In this document: positions 1 through 13,650 of the stretch, in pieces
Numbering within the stretch: the stretch's first letter is position 1
Layout: every line of letters begins with the position of its first letter
Source of the DNA: Camelus ferus
Lineage: Eukaryota
DNA length: 64,000 nucleotides
Assembly: GCF_009834535.1 (NCBI RefSeq)
Contig: NC_045697.1
Coordinates: 44,332,001 to 44,396,000, forward strand
Direction: 5' to 3'
The notes under the pieces: generated by a model
Told to the model about the DNA's origin: nothing
The model's database searches: none
Seen by the model: only the letters and a program-made list of their open reading frames with translations
Position numbers and translations under genes: made by a program

Positions 1-404
1 AATCAAAAAGCTGTGCTGAAAGAAACATTTAAAGATTCATACTGAGAGGGTGAGGATTCTCTTAATCTGTGAATCTTATATCCACATCAGTAGGGAAACA
101 AAGACTATGAATAATATTTAGACCACCATTTTCATCTTTGCAGAAATGAAAATCTGGGTAGTTTTCATGACTCATACTTTCAGGACATCATTTTAAATCC
201 ACATAGGAAAATCTTTGGGGGTGGTGAATTGTGCACAATATTAGTGAATAACTGTTAGATGGTACATCAGTCAAAAACCAGCTGGTGAACAAAATGATGG
301 TATCATTTTTTCAGTGCCTCATCACAAGATGTAAAAACATTTCACTGAACCACCAAGTGATTGTTCATATTAATCGAGATAAAAGATATAATAAGCTGCA
401 GACA

Positions 405-495
405 GAAGCCCCCACGTCACACCGGTGCTCCCAGAGTCGGGACCCGCGAGAAAATCTGGAGAAAAGCCATGCAGCCCAGGTTTCCTTGACAACCG
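405..495. promoter_or_regulatory. Candidate promoter: CRE-like site, RFX X-box and small CpG cluster
   Basis: CCACGTCA at 412-419 (TGACGTGG on minus strand); GTTTCCTTGACAAC at 480-493 resembles the RFX X-box; several CpGs clustered in AT-rich surroundings. Confidence 0.4.
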
Positions 496-2234
496 CTCCA
501 TAGAACCGTGTTGAAAGATAAACTCCAACAAAGCAAGCGGGAAGACTAACTGATGAACAGACTCCCATGTCTAAGAGGGTCTTGCGATTTGATGGTATTC
601 TGTGAACTATTTCTAAATTTAAATAGAAATTTAGGTGGCTGTGTGTTTTAAACCTCACTTCTCTCCTTTCACGGTTATTTTTTGTGGAATTCCCCGGTGT
701 CTTTCTCAGTTCCAAAATAAGAAACTCCTTGTTAAAAAGGCTAACAGCCACAGTTGATTACCACTTTGGAAAATCTAACCTAGAAGATAATTCTTTCTCA
801 TGTAAAACCAAAATCCCCGCCAAAGGGGTAGCAGGTGAGCCAGGCAAAGGTGAGTGGCAAATGGGAGGGAGTTCTTGGAGATTTAATAACAACTCTAAAA
901 GATTTCCTTGTGTGTCAGGATGGCCAAGTGATCTAAGGCGTCAGACTAAAAGATCTCCTTGTATGTGGGTGTGATGGATGCCTCGATGGTCCTGGTATAC
1001 CACCAGACAACAGGAACTTAGTTCACAGCCCGAACTGTCACAGAAAAGCAAGCACACACCAAGAAAGAGAAGGCGACTGTTCTAGTAGGTCAGCCTCTTT
1101 CCAGCTTGCTTGCAGAATGCAGATGTCTCAGCCAACAATTCCAGGTGCAGGAAGAAACCTGTATGCAAACAGTTGAACATTTGAAAAGGGGCGGGGACAG
1201 AGAAGCGATGAACAACAATGAGGACAAACCATCCAAAGGAACCCAATATGTTGGAACCAAAGAAACCTTTGAGGTGTTTTAACAGTACTACTGAGCCAAG
1301 TCTGGTCACCCAAAGAAGAGAGACCAGAAATGTAATTACTCCAACTCTGAGTGGTAAATACATAAAATAAAAAGCTGGAGAGAAAGCAAACCAGAGTAAA
1401 GACTTAAATTAATGGAAGTACTCTAAGAAATCACTTTTCTCTTTTCTTGTTTTCTCAGTGATAGCTTAGATGCCTTTCCCCAAATGTGCAATTAGCTCAA
1501 CAGAACGAAGCAAGGATAGAAATTGCAGTGGACACCAGAGTGGATGAGGGCAGACACAGAATTTGAGGACTGAAGGACAGTTGCTTTGCCGGTCACCTGT
1601 GTGGACCGTGATGAGGAAAATTTAACAGGTCCTTGAAATGCTGAGCCTAAGCAAAATACTTGGATTTATTCCATCTTAAGTAAAACAAACAACTGTTCCT
1701 CAATTTCAACAACAGCAAATCCACAAGAAGTTAGAGTCCTTTCGTTGTAGGAGGGCAAAGTGGGATGTCCAGGTGGTGAGCCCCTTCAGCTGTTGACTTG
1801 ACCTTGTCCCTTGTCTGATTCAGTCTGAGAGACCAGAGATGGGTCTGCATGCAGCACAATGTCAGTCTGGCTGTTGGGCCATCTCAGCGAGGGTACTTGC
1901 TTCCCATCCTAATACAGGGATAGTAGATAGAAACAGGTTAGCGCTCACAACTCTTGCCTTCCAAGAGAGGGATTCTCAACTCCAAGGCATTTCTTGTAAT
2001 TTGGTCATTTCAGGAAATGATTGATTTCCTCCAAAAAGAAATAATCTGAATGAACTTTTGCTTCTAAAACTTCAAGCAATACATTACTTCATTGTTGGCG
2101 AAGGTATGGAGAAATGGCCTCTGCCTAAACTGTTGCTGGGAAGTAATCACTGACACAAGGTTGCGAAAGAAAATGTGGCTATGTGTATTAACATTCAAAA
2201 GGAAGGTATCAGACAAGCGGCTCCGTCTTTGAAC

Positions 2235-2830
2235 TCTATCTATAATCTGACTGTTTCTCATCTCCCACTGTCCCTTCCCTGGTCCAGGCCACAACCATCT
2301 CTTGCCTGTTTTTCTGCAGGAGCCTCCAGATTAATCACTGTGCTTTCACCCTTGACCCTTCAGTCTCTATTCAACAAGCAGTCAGATCATGTTACACCTC
2401 TCATCACACCCTCCACTGACTTCCCATCTCGTCAGGATAAAAATGAAGACCTTACAACAGCCTTACAAGGCCGCTTCTTTTTGTTTTCTCCTCCAGGTTT
2501 CTCAGTCTTCACCTTCTGCTTCTCTCCAGCAAAGGCTAGCTCCACTCCAGCCACATTAGCCTCCATGCCGTTCCTGAACTCACCAGGCATGCTTCTACCT
2601 CAGGGCCTTTGTACTTGCTGTTCCCTTGTCTTAGAAAGTGTACACCCTCTCTGTCCTACCTCCACCCTTCCTTCACCAACTTCAAATCATTTCTCAAAAG
2701 CCATCTTCTCAGTGAGGCTTTCTTTGTCCAGTCTATTGAACATTGCAATGTTCCCTCACTTCCCAGTCCTCTGTCGTGTTTAACTTTTCTCCATTGCATT
2801 TATCAAGCCACCACCATCCGATACCCTATG
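2235..2830 (+). mobile_element. LINE2 3' region fragment
   Basis: L2-typical motifs CCCTGGTCCAGGCCACAACCATCTC, CAGATCATGTTAC, CTCCACTCCAGCCACA, CTCAGGGCCTTTGTACTTGCTGTTCCCT. Confidence 0.8.
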
Positions 2831-3639
2831 TAGTTGACAATTTTTACTTAAATATCATCTAAAAGGGTGCTCCCCATTACTCTGGAATACCTGGGGAGTA
2901 CCCAGCCAGCTGATTTCTGAGCTATATAAACTAATAAAACCATTCATAACTGTCATTAAAAAATCAATTTTCTTGCTCTTTAGTTACCTCTCATTCTGTG
3001 AACAGCTATAATTGATATTTATACGTCATGCCTATTATCTCCAGAAAGGAAAAACAATTAGCTCTGTGACAGGTAATCATCTGTCAGTTCCAGGTTTACT
3101 TAGGTCTTACTGATGTGGAGCATAGCTTAGTGTCAGGTGGACGTTGGCTGTTTCTTTACAAGGTGAGATGTGAGAAATGTAAATTCTTATGTGCAAACTA
3201 GAACATACTATAGTTAATTAATTTCATACAGGCAAGACATTGTCTCAAAATCCTATCTGATGAGTTGAACCATCGGCTTTTGGGGTCACTGAGTAGCACA
3301 GCCGCAGCAATGTGTTAACCCCGTTTTGTTAATTTTGCAGTATTATGGCTGATGTAGTCTTGTTTATTGCTTTCCTTAATTTAAACTTTTCAGGCCTAAA
3401 GCTTCAGTGTGTGTGGCGGGGAGGAATTTGCCTTAGTCTGCGTGGCGGTCAGGAAATCAGGTTACAGATCTTTCCAGATGGCTCCCCGTGTGGTGATGCT
3501 GGGAAAGCAGCATTGAGCAAGCTGGCCCCCCCAGATCGGAGAGGACAGAGACTGGGCTGGAGCCACGAGTGTTACAAAATGGAGCAGAGTAACCCTTGGT
3601 GTGCGTAACCCAGGGACCTAGCCTCGCAGAGGGCCCGGG

Positions 3640-3930
3640 GGGTGGAGACCAGGGTCAAGAAAACATTCTGAAAAGTGGGATTTAACCTTGAATTTTCTTG
3701 ACAAAGATGGTGGGAAAAGGAAGACTCTTCAGAAAGAGGGAACAGCGTTTGCAGAGAAAAGCTCGGAAGTGGCAAAAAGGATGAAATGTTCCAGAAGCAG
3801 AAAGAAAGCCCTTACAACTGGAGAGGTGGACACGGTCTCAGAGTCTGGGTGAGGACTGTTGCACCTGATCCTAAGGGCAAAAGGAGGCAGTGAGCAGTTT
3901 TAAGTCAGGGATCTGTTTGATCTCTGCCCT
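3640..3930 (-). mobile_element. LINE2 fragment
   Basis: purine-rich antisense L2 pattern (GGGAACAGCGTTTGCAGAG ... GAGCAGTTTTAAG). Confidence 0.5.
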
Positions 3931-4204
3931 GTGGTCAATTGCTCTCTGCAGCCTTTTGATTTTCTGACCATGTCCCTGCCTAATTGCTGCGCTCTCATGG
4001 AAGAACAATTTCAGACTATTTTCCAGGACATCAAGGGAACTCATTAACATGGTCTTACTCTCTATCATGCTTACTTGTAGGATACAAAATAGATTTTAAA
4101 TAACATCTAAAGAAACTAATCAATAATTACAAGGAAAACAAAGTTGTATTTCACTTGTAGTATCTGTACCCTACCATACTCTCTGCAACAAGACGCAATG
4201 CAGA

Positions 4205-4480
4205 CAGTATTGCACGGCATTTAGAAGAGCATAGATTCCCGAACTTGGGTTCAAATCCCAGCTCTGTCACTTACTTCCTTGTGTGAACTTGGGCAGGTTA
4301 CTTAATTTCTTTGTGCCTTGGTTTCCTCATTTGTAAAATGGGGGGATATTCATAGGGCCTCACAGGCAGGGGGACCACATAATTAACCATCCAAACTGGA
4401 CACGTTGGAGATGAAGGAGGCTCTAGCCTAGGTCAGTGTGTATAAAGCACTCACAGCGGTATCCAGCACATAGCAAGGCT
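4205..4480 (+). mobile_element. MIR SINE with a short hAT-Blackjack (MER94/MER81-like) piece at ~4365-4430
   Basis: MIR core TGGGTTCAAATCCCAGCTCTGTCACTTAC...TTGGGCAGGTTACTTAA...GTTTCCTCATTTGTAAAATGGGG; insert GGGGACCACATAATTAACCATCCAAACTGGACAC. Confidence 0.8.
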
Positions 4481-5091
4481 GGCTCTGATCATTGTTGAGA
4501 TGTTCTCAGGTATTTGTTCTTAAGAAGACCAGAACCAGCAGCTGACTTCAAACGCCAACACGGTCAGCAGGAAGAATTGAGAAATATTTAACTCCATGGG
4601 ACTCTGGCAGACTGAAAGTATTTTAACCTGAAGAGGATTAGCTTTTGGCAGAAAACTAAGCAGAGAAATAACAAAAGCAAATAAAAGCAAACTATACCTG
4701 TGCTTAGAAAGACAACTTCTTGTGATGGGCCATGCTGGTTAAATACCAAGATAAGTACTTTTTAAAGAGGAATTAAAAACAATCTGATTTGCACATTTGG
4801 GTGTTAATGTGCCAGAAGCATCAGCTGGCTGAGCAGTTAATTTCGTTCTGATGATTAAAGTAATAAGTGCTGGTTATCAAAAAATTGATTTTTAAAAAAA
4901 AAAGAAGGAAACAAAAGTCATTCGTTTTCATACCACTAAAAATAACCACAACCAACATTTTGCTACATGGTCTTCACATATAATATGACACTTTCCTGTG
5001 TGCTTCCCCTGTGCATACACATATATGTGCAGCTATCTGTCTCTACCTAGCTGTCACTTTTTCAAAATTAATATTATTCTATAAGTGCATG

Positions 5092-5543
5092 TGTGTTAAT
5101 TTCCTAGGCTGTCATAACAAAGTCCCATAAACTGGATGTCTTAGAGCAACAGAATCATATTCTCTCACAGTTTCCAGGCAAGAAACCTAGAATTAAGATA
5201 TTGGCAGGGCAATACTCCCTTTCAAGACCCTCGGGGTGGGTCCTCCCTTGCCTCTTCTAGCTTCAGGTGGGTGCCAGCCATCTTTGTCTTCCTTGGCTTA
5301 TGGCAGCATCACTCTGCACTCTGCCTCTGTCTTCACATGACCTTCCTCTCTGTGTGTCTGTGTCTCTATATGTTCACATGGCCTTCTTCTAAGAACACCA
5401 GTCACTGGATTTAGGGCCTAACCTTGTCCAGTATGCCCTCTTTCTAACTATTACTTTTGCAAATATCTTATTTCCAAATAAAGTCACATTCTGAGGTTCT
5501 AGGTGGACATGAATATCTGAGGGACACCATTTAGCCCAGTAGA
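5092..5543 (-). mobile_element. MaLR solo LTR (MLT1B/C-like)
   Basis: TTCCTAGGCTGTCATAACAAAGTCCCATAAACTGG...TTCTCTCACAGTT...TTTCCAAATAAAGTCACATTCTGAGG...GGGACACCATTTAGCCCAGTA. Confidence 0.85.
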
Positions 5544-6569
5544 GCACGTGATGAAGACATCTAACTCTGCAGAATGAGATAGACCACTATCCCTCCAGCC
5601 TGTGCTATCCCAAAGAGAAGTGTCTGTCCTCTCTTACCAAGGTTCACAGGAAGTCCAGTGTGGCTTCCTTCCATACCCCCACCCTGAGGAATGTCTGCTT
5701 ACTCATGGAGGTGGGGCTGGGGGTGCTTCTGACATCACCCAGGGCCCAGGGAAGATAATAATATCCAATCTCCCTAGAGTCACAGAGACTATGGCCTGGA
5801 TTTAGCCACTTTGGAGTGTTAAGCGTGGCCTAAGAGTTGGCCACCAGATTGACCGTTTATAAGGCCCACGTTCACACAGCCACTTCCTTGGCATGGGCCG
5901 GCCTCCCGAGGCGCTGCCCTGGCACAGACTCATGTTTCCACGTTCACAAGCCTAGAATGGTCCCCGAAGTGAGTTGTCTGAGGATACAACAGACTCCTGG
6001 TCCTATCTCTTTCCGCCCTCAAGGTAATTTTATGACAAAAGACCATCTGCCGTATGCCGACCAGGAACCTCGTCAGGGCCCTCCCCATCCACCCCAACAG
6101 AGTTGTCTCACTTTGAGTTTCAGGAGTAAGCTATTGGACTCTCAGTCACTTCCCCTCACAAGGCCTCTGGGCTCCTTATGCAAATGAGAGCACTTCCTCC
6201 CAAGAACCATTTGTGCTGAGAAGCTCTGGGACAGATAGCTTGGCTCAGCCCCAGAAAATACGCTGTCCTCCCCTCAGGCTTCAGGTGCCTAAGTGCCTTC
6301 TTCCATTCCAGGACAACTTAATGACTATTCCCTAATTCTTCCCTTAGAAAGGAAAGTGTGTGTCAGGAGGCTGGTGTCTCCTCCTGCAGACCTAGAGGTC
6401 TCTGGCATAATTAACACCCGCCACCAACATGTGCTTCTTTGGAAACTTGGCATCGCATCATAATTTGCATACTCTCCTACCACACAGCTATACCAAACTT
6501 ATTTAACTGTTCCCACATTTTGATACATTTAAGTGATTTCCCATCATACACTAACAGGAGCAAAAATAT

Positions 6570-6860
6570 TCACTTAATGAATATTTATTACATATCTACT
6601 AGGAGCCAGTCAATATTTTAGGTCCAAAGAGTCTAAAGGTCTGGTTCTCAAAGAGCTTACACTTGAGCGACAGAGGAGGACAGCAAATAAGCAAATGTAA
6701 AATGCAACGCCTTTATAATCACCGAGAAGGAAAACAAAGCAGAGTCACAGGGGCTGCTGTTCTGCAGAAGGGTAAGGGGGAGGGGCCTTATTGAAGAGCC
6801 AGGGCTTGATATCATCTGCCCAACCTGAGAACTGGAGGAGGTTCTGTATAAAGCCCCGGG
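6570..6860 (-). mobile_element. LINE2 3' end fragment
   Basis: ATTCACTTAATGAATATTTATT...TACTAGGAGCCAG...TCTCAAAGAGCTTACA, an antisense L2 tail pattern. Confidence 0.5.
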
Positions 6861-9800
6861 ACACTCACAGGAAATTTTGTCTTTTTCTCTTTTTGTTGTT
6901 TCTTTGTTTGCTATTTCACATATGCATATAAATAAAATGGAGATCTCTCCATTAAGTGAAATTACCACTTAAAGCAGCACAAGTACAATTGGCAAGGCAG
7001 ATGAGGCATTTTCCAGCTTCCAACAGTTTTCAGCTCACGGTCAATTGTTTCATCTACACCCCCACCTACTTCTTCTATGCCTATATGATCTTAAATCAAA
7101 CCTCAAACATCAAATTGATTCATGCATTAATGCTAAGTTTTAAAGTGTTACAGTGACCAGAAGGAAGAACAACTTTCAGAGGGAAAATTCATTCATTTCA
7201 GAGGCTTTTCTTTTATTAATACCAATTTGTTCTTACCTCTTAGAAGATGCCTTCCTTCCAAGAAATCTCTAAGTATTTGAACAGCAAAGATCAGCCACTA
7301 TCCTATAGAGCTCCTGGTGAAACACACACTGGACTAGGAGTCAGGAGACCTGAGTTCTGGTATCTCAGCCACTGACCATCTATCTGATAATAGCGAACGT
7401 TTACTGAGTTCTCTCCTGCCACTCCGCATTCATCATTTCAATTCTATTATTATTCCAGCTTTACAGACAGGATTAAAAAAAAACAGCTTGCACAAGAGCA
7501 AAGAATGGCAGAGGTGGGACCTGAGCCAAATCACGTGGAGGCTCTGTTTCCTGCTCCGTCCCATGGAGGACATCATCCATGTTCAAGCTACTTCACTGGA
7601 GAATAATATACCACTTTGAAAATAGTCCAAATTCTAATCACAGTAGTGTTTGAATAAGTAATCCATTTTCATGACTCAGAAGTCTCAACAATATAAAATG
7701 GTGATGAGTCTGGCTCCCACTCCTGTTCCCATTTCTTTCACTGCCCCCTTCTCTGTGTAAGTAACCAGCTAATTATGATTTATTTAAGCAAATACAGCAA
7801 GTGTGAATAAGTGCTTCCCTGTGTTGCCCCTTCTTACACCTTTATACAGTCAGTCTCTGTGGGAGTTATTCCTGTGCCAGCAGATAGATAGCTTCCTCGT
7901 CTGTTTTGATAGCTGTCTAATACTTCACTGTGTAGACATACTGTTGTTTATTTGACAAGTTCCCTATTGATAGACATTAGATTTTTCCCCCTAACCTTTA
8001 GACAACCAAGCACAAAGTTTCGTTTTTGTGGAAGAACCAAGATATGGAGTGCCTATACGCCTATATTAAGAGAGGAATGGTCAGTCGTGGAACCTCATAG
8101 TTCCCTGTTTTGTTCAGGGTTATCATTCCTTAACCACTTTTGATATTTATCACAAGAGGCTCATCAGGCTTAACTAAGGAATCTATACCTTCTTTTGAGG
8201 ACGTCTCATCAGGGCATCCCCAGGGACCAAAGAATTGGAGCCCGCAGATATTTCATTATCATTGTCACTTTTTACCAATCTTATCCGGGCTTGCTTTTTT
8301 CAAAACTCTGCCTATAAACTAGATCCCTATGAACATATTGGTCCAAAGTCTGATATCTTAGAAACACTGCTTCTAGGAGAAGGTATCCTGGGATATGTGC
8401 TTCCTTTATCATAGTTTGTGCAATTGTAAACCCATGCTGGACTGACCAGGGAGATAGCTCACTGACAACCATGACCGCTGACATAAAAAGAGGGAAGTAG
8501 GAGGCAAAATCCAAGGCAAAGGGGAGGCATCTCATGATTTTAGAAAAGCAGCTTCTCCTGGCTTCCCTCTCTGCTTCTCTCCCAGATGAGGTGGTGTGAT
8601 TATCGAGCTGATGTGAAGTACCTTAGTTTTGTCGTGGCCTCTATGGATAACATCAAAGAGATCCCCAGATTTCCTTCACCTCTCTTTTCTTTGTCACTGC
8701 CTGAAAGTCTTCACTTTTACTGCTTTTTGTCACCGCCTAAAGTTCCACCAATTACAGAGCCATTTGGGTTAAAAGTATCTCATTTAAAATGTAAATATCT
8801 TCACTCACTCGTGTCTTAAATTGATTTACTCCACCCCCTTCTCCTAACACCCAGTGTGGACCAGCCACGCTGAAAATGTACTGAGAGGTGGGGGTGGGGG
8901 TGCTTGTGATAATTTTTGAACCAGGGGAAGAGACCAGTGGGAAGGGTGCAGCAGTGGGAAGGATTCTGGGAGGCTAGTGTTGGAGAACTCTCATTATTTC
9001 CTTAGTAGGTGAGAAAGGCAGCAGGGAATAGAGACATGCAGAGGAAGAGTGGGATGGGCCCGCCCCAAGGGACATCATCATCTTTGTAATTTTATTCAAG
9101 AGCAGCCTTGCTTATTTGGACACATTAACCAAGAATACGTCGGTTGCTTAACTCTGGATATTTCCTCTGTAATATTGGTCCTGGCTTACTATTCCAAACC
9201 TAAATTAGAATCTAGAGATGGCAGAACAAGATACCACCAGAAAGTAAATACTGGTGTATATGGTTGTTTGGTCAGTGGTGTTCTCAATGACACTATCCCA
9301 CTGGGACTGTGGCTTAACCACAGAACATTTTGCTTTGTGGTCTGGATTTCAAAATTCTCAAACATATTATTACTCCCACACCAAGAACACCAAAAAACTA
9401 CTTAGGCTGGAGCGAAGATTTTTTTAAGAAGGGATGGAGCCGGGGGAGGAGAAGCAATACACACGTTTTCGAAGAGCTAAGTTAATTATTTCCCAAATGA
9501 CTCGAGAGAAAAGAAGCTCAGCTTCACGCACATCTCAGTCCCCTGTCCTCTCTCCTCAAAGACTCCCCAAGTGGTTGAGGTCTTTAACGTAAGGTGCCAA
9601 GCTGCCCTATAGACGGCAGAGCAGCCTAACACAACATCTGTGTTTTGACAGACCAGCTTCTAAGAATGAGGAAAAAAACCATCTTGTAACATCACAAGCA
9701 ATGAACCCTTTGCAAGCCTGACAGATATTAGGCAATAGTGTGCTACTTCCCAGACTCCTCCTGCCAGGGGTTCTTTCGACATCTGTGTATCTTTTCTGGG

Positions 9801-10319
9801 TCTCCATTTGGTTTTTATTTCACCCCCACTGAAGTTTTTCTTCCTCTCCTGACCATAGCAAATCCTCCCTCCGTTCTTCCCCCCACACATCATAAACAAT
9901 ATTCTTCCAGAAAACTCCTATTCAATTTCTGTCTTCTATTTACATTGTATCTCGTTCTTATGCCTCTTCTGAAAGATCCTGTGGCTGAGCTGCCGGAAGC
10001 AGGAGGGTGGGAAGTCCTTGCAGACAGGTCACCTGTGGAGACCTCAAGCCAGCACGTCAGATGGCTTCCGACCAGGACTGCTTGGGTAAACCTGATCCTG
10101 GCATTTCATTTTCCAGTGCCTTAGCTTTTCCTTCTGTAAAATGAAATTCTAAAAAACACGTATTTTAAAATAGTACTTAATGTATAACCTTCTTGCTTAC
10201 ACTGTCTCATTTGATCCACAAAACAAGCTCATCAGGGTGGGTATTTCCATCCACAGACCAACCTGACTGGGCGTGCTGCAGATGCTCCTGATTCGGGGTG
10301 CTGTTAGGTGCCACAGACA

Positions 10320-10840
10320 CTGTTGGTTCCTACACACACTCCCTTTCTTGCCAGCTGGACTCTGATTTACCGAATGTCCTTCCCTCTGGGAAGGAGACCC
10401 TTACCCGGCCCAGCGGTAAGCCCTGAGCTACCCAGCCAATCACGGTGACTTCATTCTCTTTGCCAGTGATTGTTTTCAGGCAGTTCTGGTTAATGCAGCA
10501 GGGGACGAGGTCTGCTGGGAGCTTCTAGGAAAGTCTTCTAGATCTTAGAAAGACACAAGGATGAGACAGTCTTTCGAGACTTACGCCTGACTTTGATGCC
10601 TAGAACCGTGGAAGCCATCTCCTGACTATGCAGGGAACTGGAAAGCCAGGAGAAAGCCAGCAAGTCAGGATGACAGCAGGAAAAAGCAAAAGAATATAAG
10701 ACCTTGATGATGTTGTAGAGGCACTGCATTAGCCAAGCTGACACCCAGCCTACTTTAGTCCTTCATTTATATGAAGTAGTCAATCTCCTTATTGATTACT
10801 AGGGTTTTCTGTTCTTTGCAACTGACTACAACCTAAATAT
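10320..10840 (+). mobile_element. MaLR solo LTR (MLT1J/K/L-like)
   Basis: CCAATCACGGTGACTTCATTCTCTTTGCCAGTGATTG, GGTCTGCTGGGAGCTTCTAGGAAAG, TGATGCCTAGAACCGTGGAAGCCATCT, GGGTTTTCTGTTCTTTGCAACTGA. Confidence 0.75.
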
Positions 10841-10938
10841 TGTGTCAAACTTTGCAGGTGTGTTTTGAGTCTTTTGGCTCCCGAGGGACCACTCAGCCTG
10901 CACCTACGTGAGTTGACGTACTCACCAAAGGTCCCGAG

Positions 10939-11104
10939 CAGGGTTCTCAATCTTGCCGGTGAGTTAAAATCACCTGGGGACATAGGAGACATGTTGATGC
11001 CTGATAGTCACACGCAGAGGTTCTGACACAATCGGTCTAGGCTGGGGCTTGGAGGTTGATTTTTTTTAAAAGCTCCCTGGGCAATTTTAATGTGAGAACC
11101 ATTG
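10939..11104. mobile_element. MER5A-like hAT-Charlie MITE
   Basis: terminal CAGGGTTCTCAA ... TGAGAACCATTG with internal AATCACCTGGGGA. Confidence 0.75.
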
Positions 11105-11218
11105 GTCTCAAAGCTCCAAAGGACATGAAAGATACATTTTAGGACACGTTTTCCTTCTTACCTCTGTCCTGCCTCACCCCTCCTCCCGCCCCCCACGTTC
11201 TTAGCTCCGCCCAAACAT

Positions 11219-11343
11219 GGGGTGACTATACATCCGAGTTTGCCTCAGACAGTCCCAGTTTGTAACTGTTGCCGTGACATAATCACCAACAGCAAATCCT
11301 TTTACCCTTAAAAATGTCCCAGTTTGGATGATTGGTTGCCTTA
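11219..11343. mobile_element. MER94-like hAT-Blackjack MITE
   Basis: GGGGTGACTATACATCC...CAGTCCCAGTTT...TGTCCCAGTTTGGATGATTGGTTGCCTTA with imperfect terminal inverted repeats. Confidence 0.7.
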
Positions 11344-12439
11344 CTTAAAAGGACTCTTAGTAGAGAGAATTGAATCAAGACTCTTAAGGCCACCTCTCCC
11401 CTATTTCAGATGAGCATGTGCCTACCTCAGTGTTGGTCCGAGGCCCAGGTTTGCAGAGGACCCAGACCACTTGCCGGAGTTTTTAAGTGCTTCAGTCCCA
11501 TCCCTGGAGGATTTAGATTTAGGGTGGAAGATTGAGGGTTGCAAGAAAATCTCAGATGTCTAATAGAAAGTTAAGCATTTCCTGAGTTATTTTTATGTGC
11601 TAAATTATTTGCTACCACTCTAGTGTGCATGTACTCCTACCCGAAGGCAGGGGAGTGATCTAAATGGTTTCCCTGGGGTTCTGTGCAACCAACGATGCTC
11701 TGATAATGCATATCCTGCTGCAGCCCTTCAGCAATAGAAGAGGAAATTACATGCTGGGAGGAGCTGAAGCAGAAGAGAGCTCCGGACTTAAGATGCTCGA
11801 GTGAGATTCAAAAGAGATAGCTGAAGCATCCAGCAGAAGGCATTGAAGGGTGGGGGTGGGGGCAGATAGCAAAAACCAAGGGAAGGTTATCAAGTCTCTT
11901 CACTAGGGGCTAATGAGAATTTCAGAAGCTTGCCTGGGATTAGTAAGGTACTTTGCATATCATGCAAATACAGCTAAGATGCAGGCCTTGGAGGCGGCCA
12001 GCCCTGTCTACAGGGCACCTAAGTGGAGTCCTAATTTGACAGAGATCTGATGACTCTTTTGCAAAAAACAAAACAAAACAAAAGAAACCAAAGATTTGGA
12101 GGACTGCTAATTGGGCTCCAAGAAGCTACAAAGAAGGGGTCTTCAAGGCTGCCCTAACTCTCTTGGGAAATGCCTTAGATGTTTAGAGAGATTACCTGGC
12201 ACAGGGAGGGGGTGGGCAATGCTAAAGGTCCTGGGGTCTCTCTTGAAGCAGCGGTCAGTTGTTGAAGAAAGGGAACTCTCTAGGGTGAGACACTTAACGA
12301 TGACACTTAACCTCCTGAGTTCTCTGATACAACTCAAGAAGGAATTAGAAATAAGAAGAGCAAATTTCTCCTTGTTGCCCCAGAGGCAAGAGGTCTCTCC
12401 TTTACCTCTCGGAGAGAAGCAGGCTCAACTTTGGGGCTT

Positions 12440-12897
12440 GTTTCAGTTATACATTCCTGAGTAACAAATTATCTCAAAACACAGTGGTTTAAAACAAGAA
12501 CCATTCATTTGCTCATAGTGTTGATATCAGGTCAGGATAAGGCTAGGACACTTCATCTTTGCTGCATATCCCATCTGCTGGCACAGCTTGACTGGGACTG
12601 AAGACTACTCCCAGGCTGGCCTCCTCCTATAGCTGGGGCTGGCCTCCAGGGGCCTTGATTCTCTTCCACATGGACCCCTGCAAGCGGCTCCCTCACAGCA
12701 TGGAGGCTGGGTTCCAAGAGGGGCAAAGAAGCTGACAGTCCCAGAAATGGGGCAGCATCACTTTTGCTGTATTCTGTTGATCAGAGAAATCACAGGTCTA
12801 GCCCATGTGCAGAGCAGTGGAGAAACAGATCCCACCTCTCAGTGTCAAAAGTGACAACAACAACAACAAAAATGCTGCCACCTTTAACACACTACGT
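12440..12897 (-). mobile_element. MaLR solo LTR (old MLT1 subfamily)
   Basis: GTAACAAATTATCTCAAAACACAGTGGTTTAAAACAA...CTCCCTCACAGCATGGAGGCTGGGTTCCAAGAG...CAGCATCACTTTTGCTGTATTCTGTTG. Confidence 0.8.
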
Positions 12898-13199
12898 GGA
12901 CCATGGGAAAAGTCTGCATTCTAATCTTGGTCCTCTAGCTTCCTATTATTTTCTGAGTTCCCAAAACCCTTCCAACAAACTCCTGAAGGAGAGCAAAGCT
13001 TGGTTTCTGTTGTTTGAAGCAACTGGCTGATACAGGAGCGGGCTAGGCAGGTGGGTGAAAGAATCACAGCACGTGCAGAGACAGAGCGCCTGGAGGAGCC
13101 ACGTAGCGCCATCCAGAAGGAGAGAGAGATGCACAAGTATATACATATATGATAGAGGAAAATATACATGCTAAATATTTTGGAGGTGCAGAGGAAGGC

Positions 13200-13650
13200 A
13201 CAATCACTTCCCCCTGGGTTTATTAGCAAAGACGCAGTGGAAGAAATGGAATCAGCTTGATCATTGGAGAAGAGGGAAAAAGATAGTAGTTATTCCAGGC
13301 AGAAGAAAAAATACATATGATTGAAAAGCTCCATGTGTATTTTGGAATCTAGCAGTAAAGCAGTTCGGTTTAGCTGAAGCATGGAGGAGAAGCACAGGAG
13401 ACTGGGCGGTCGGTAAGTACGAACTTCTTTTGGCGCTTTGTGCTAGGACATTGACTTTGGACTTTATTTGGCACGTAATAGGGAAACACAGGGAGTTTGT
13501 GAACAAAGAGCATCATCATGCCAGTGGTGTTTTAAGATGCTAAATCTGGTGGCCATGGACAGAATGGTCAGTTAAGAGGCTGCTGCAGTAACTTAGGATG
13601 AGTTGATGATGTCCTGAATTGGGCTATTGGCAGTGGGAGTGGAAAGGATC
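13200..13650 (-). mobile_element. LINE2 fragment
   Basis: antisense L2 motifs ATTCCAGGCAGAAG, TTTGGACTTTATT, GTTAAGAGGCTGCTGCAGTAA, GGCAGTGGGAGTGGA. Confidence 0.65.

Noticed and set aside
2175..2783. 202-aa ORF
   Set aside because: Lies within an L2 relic; pyrimidine-rich chance frame
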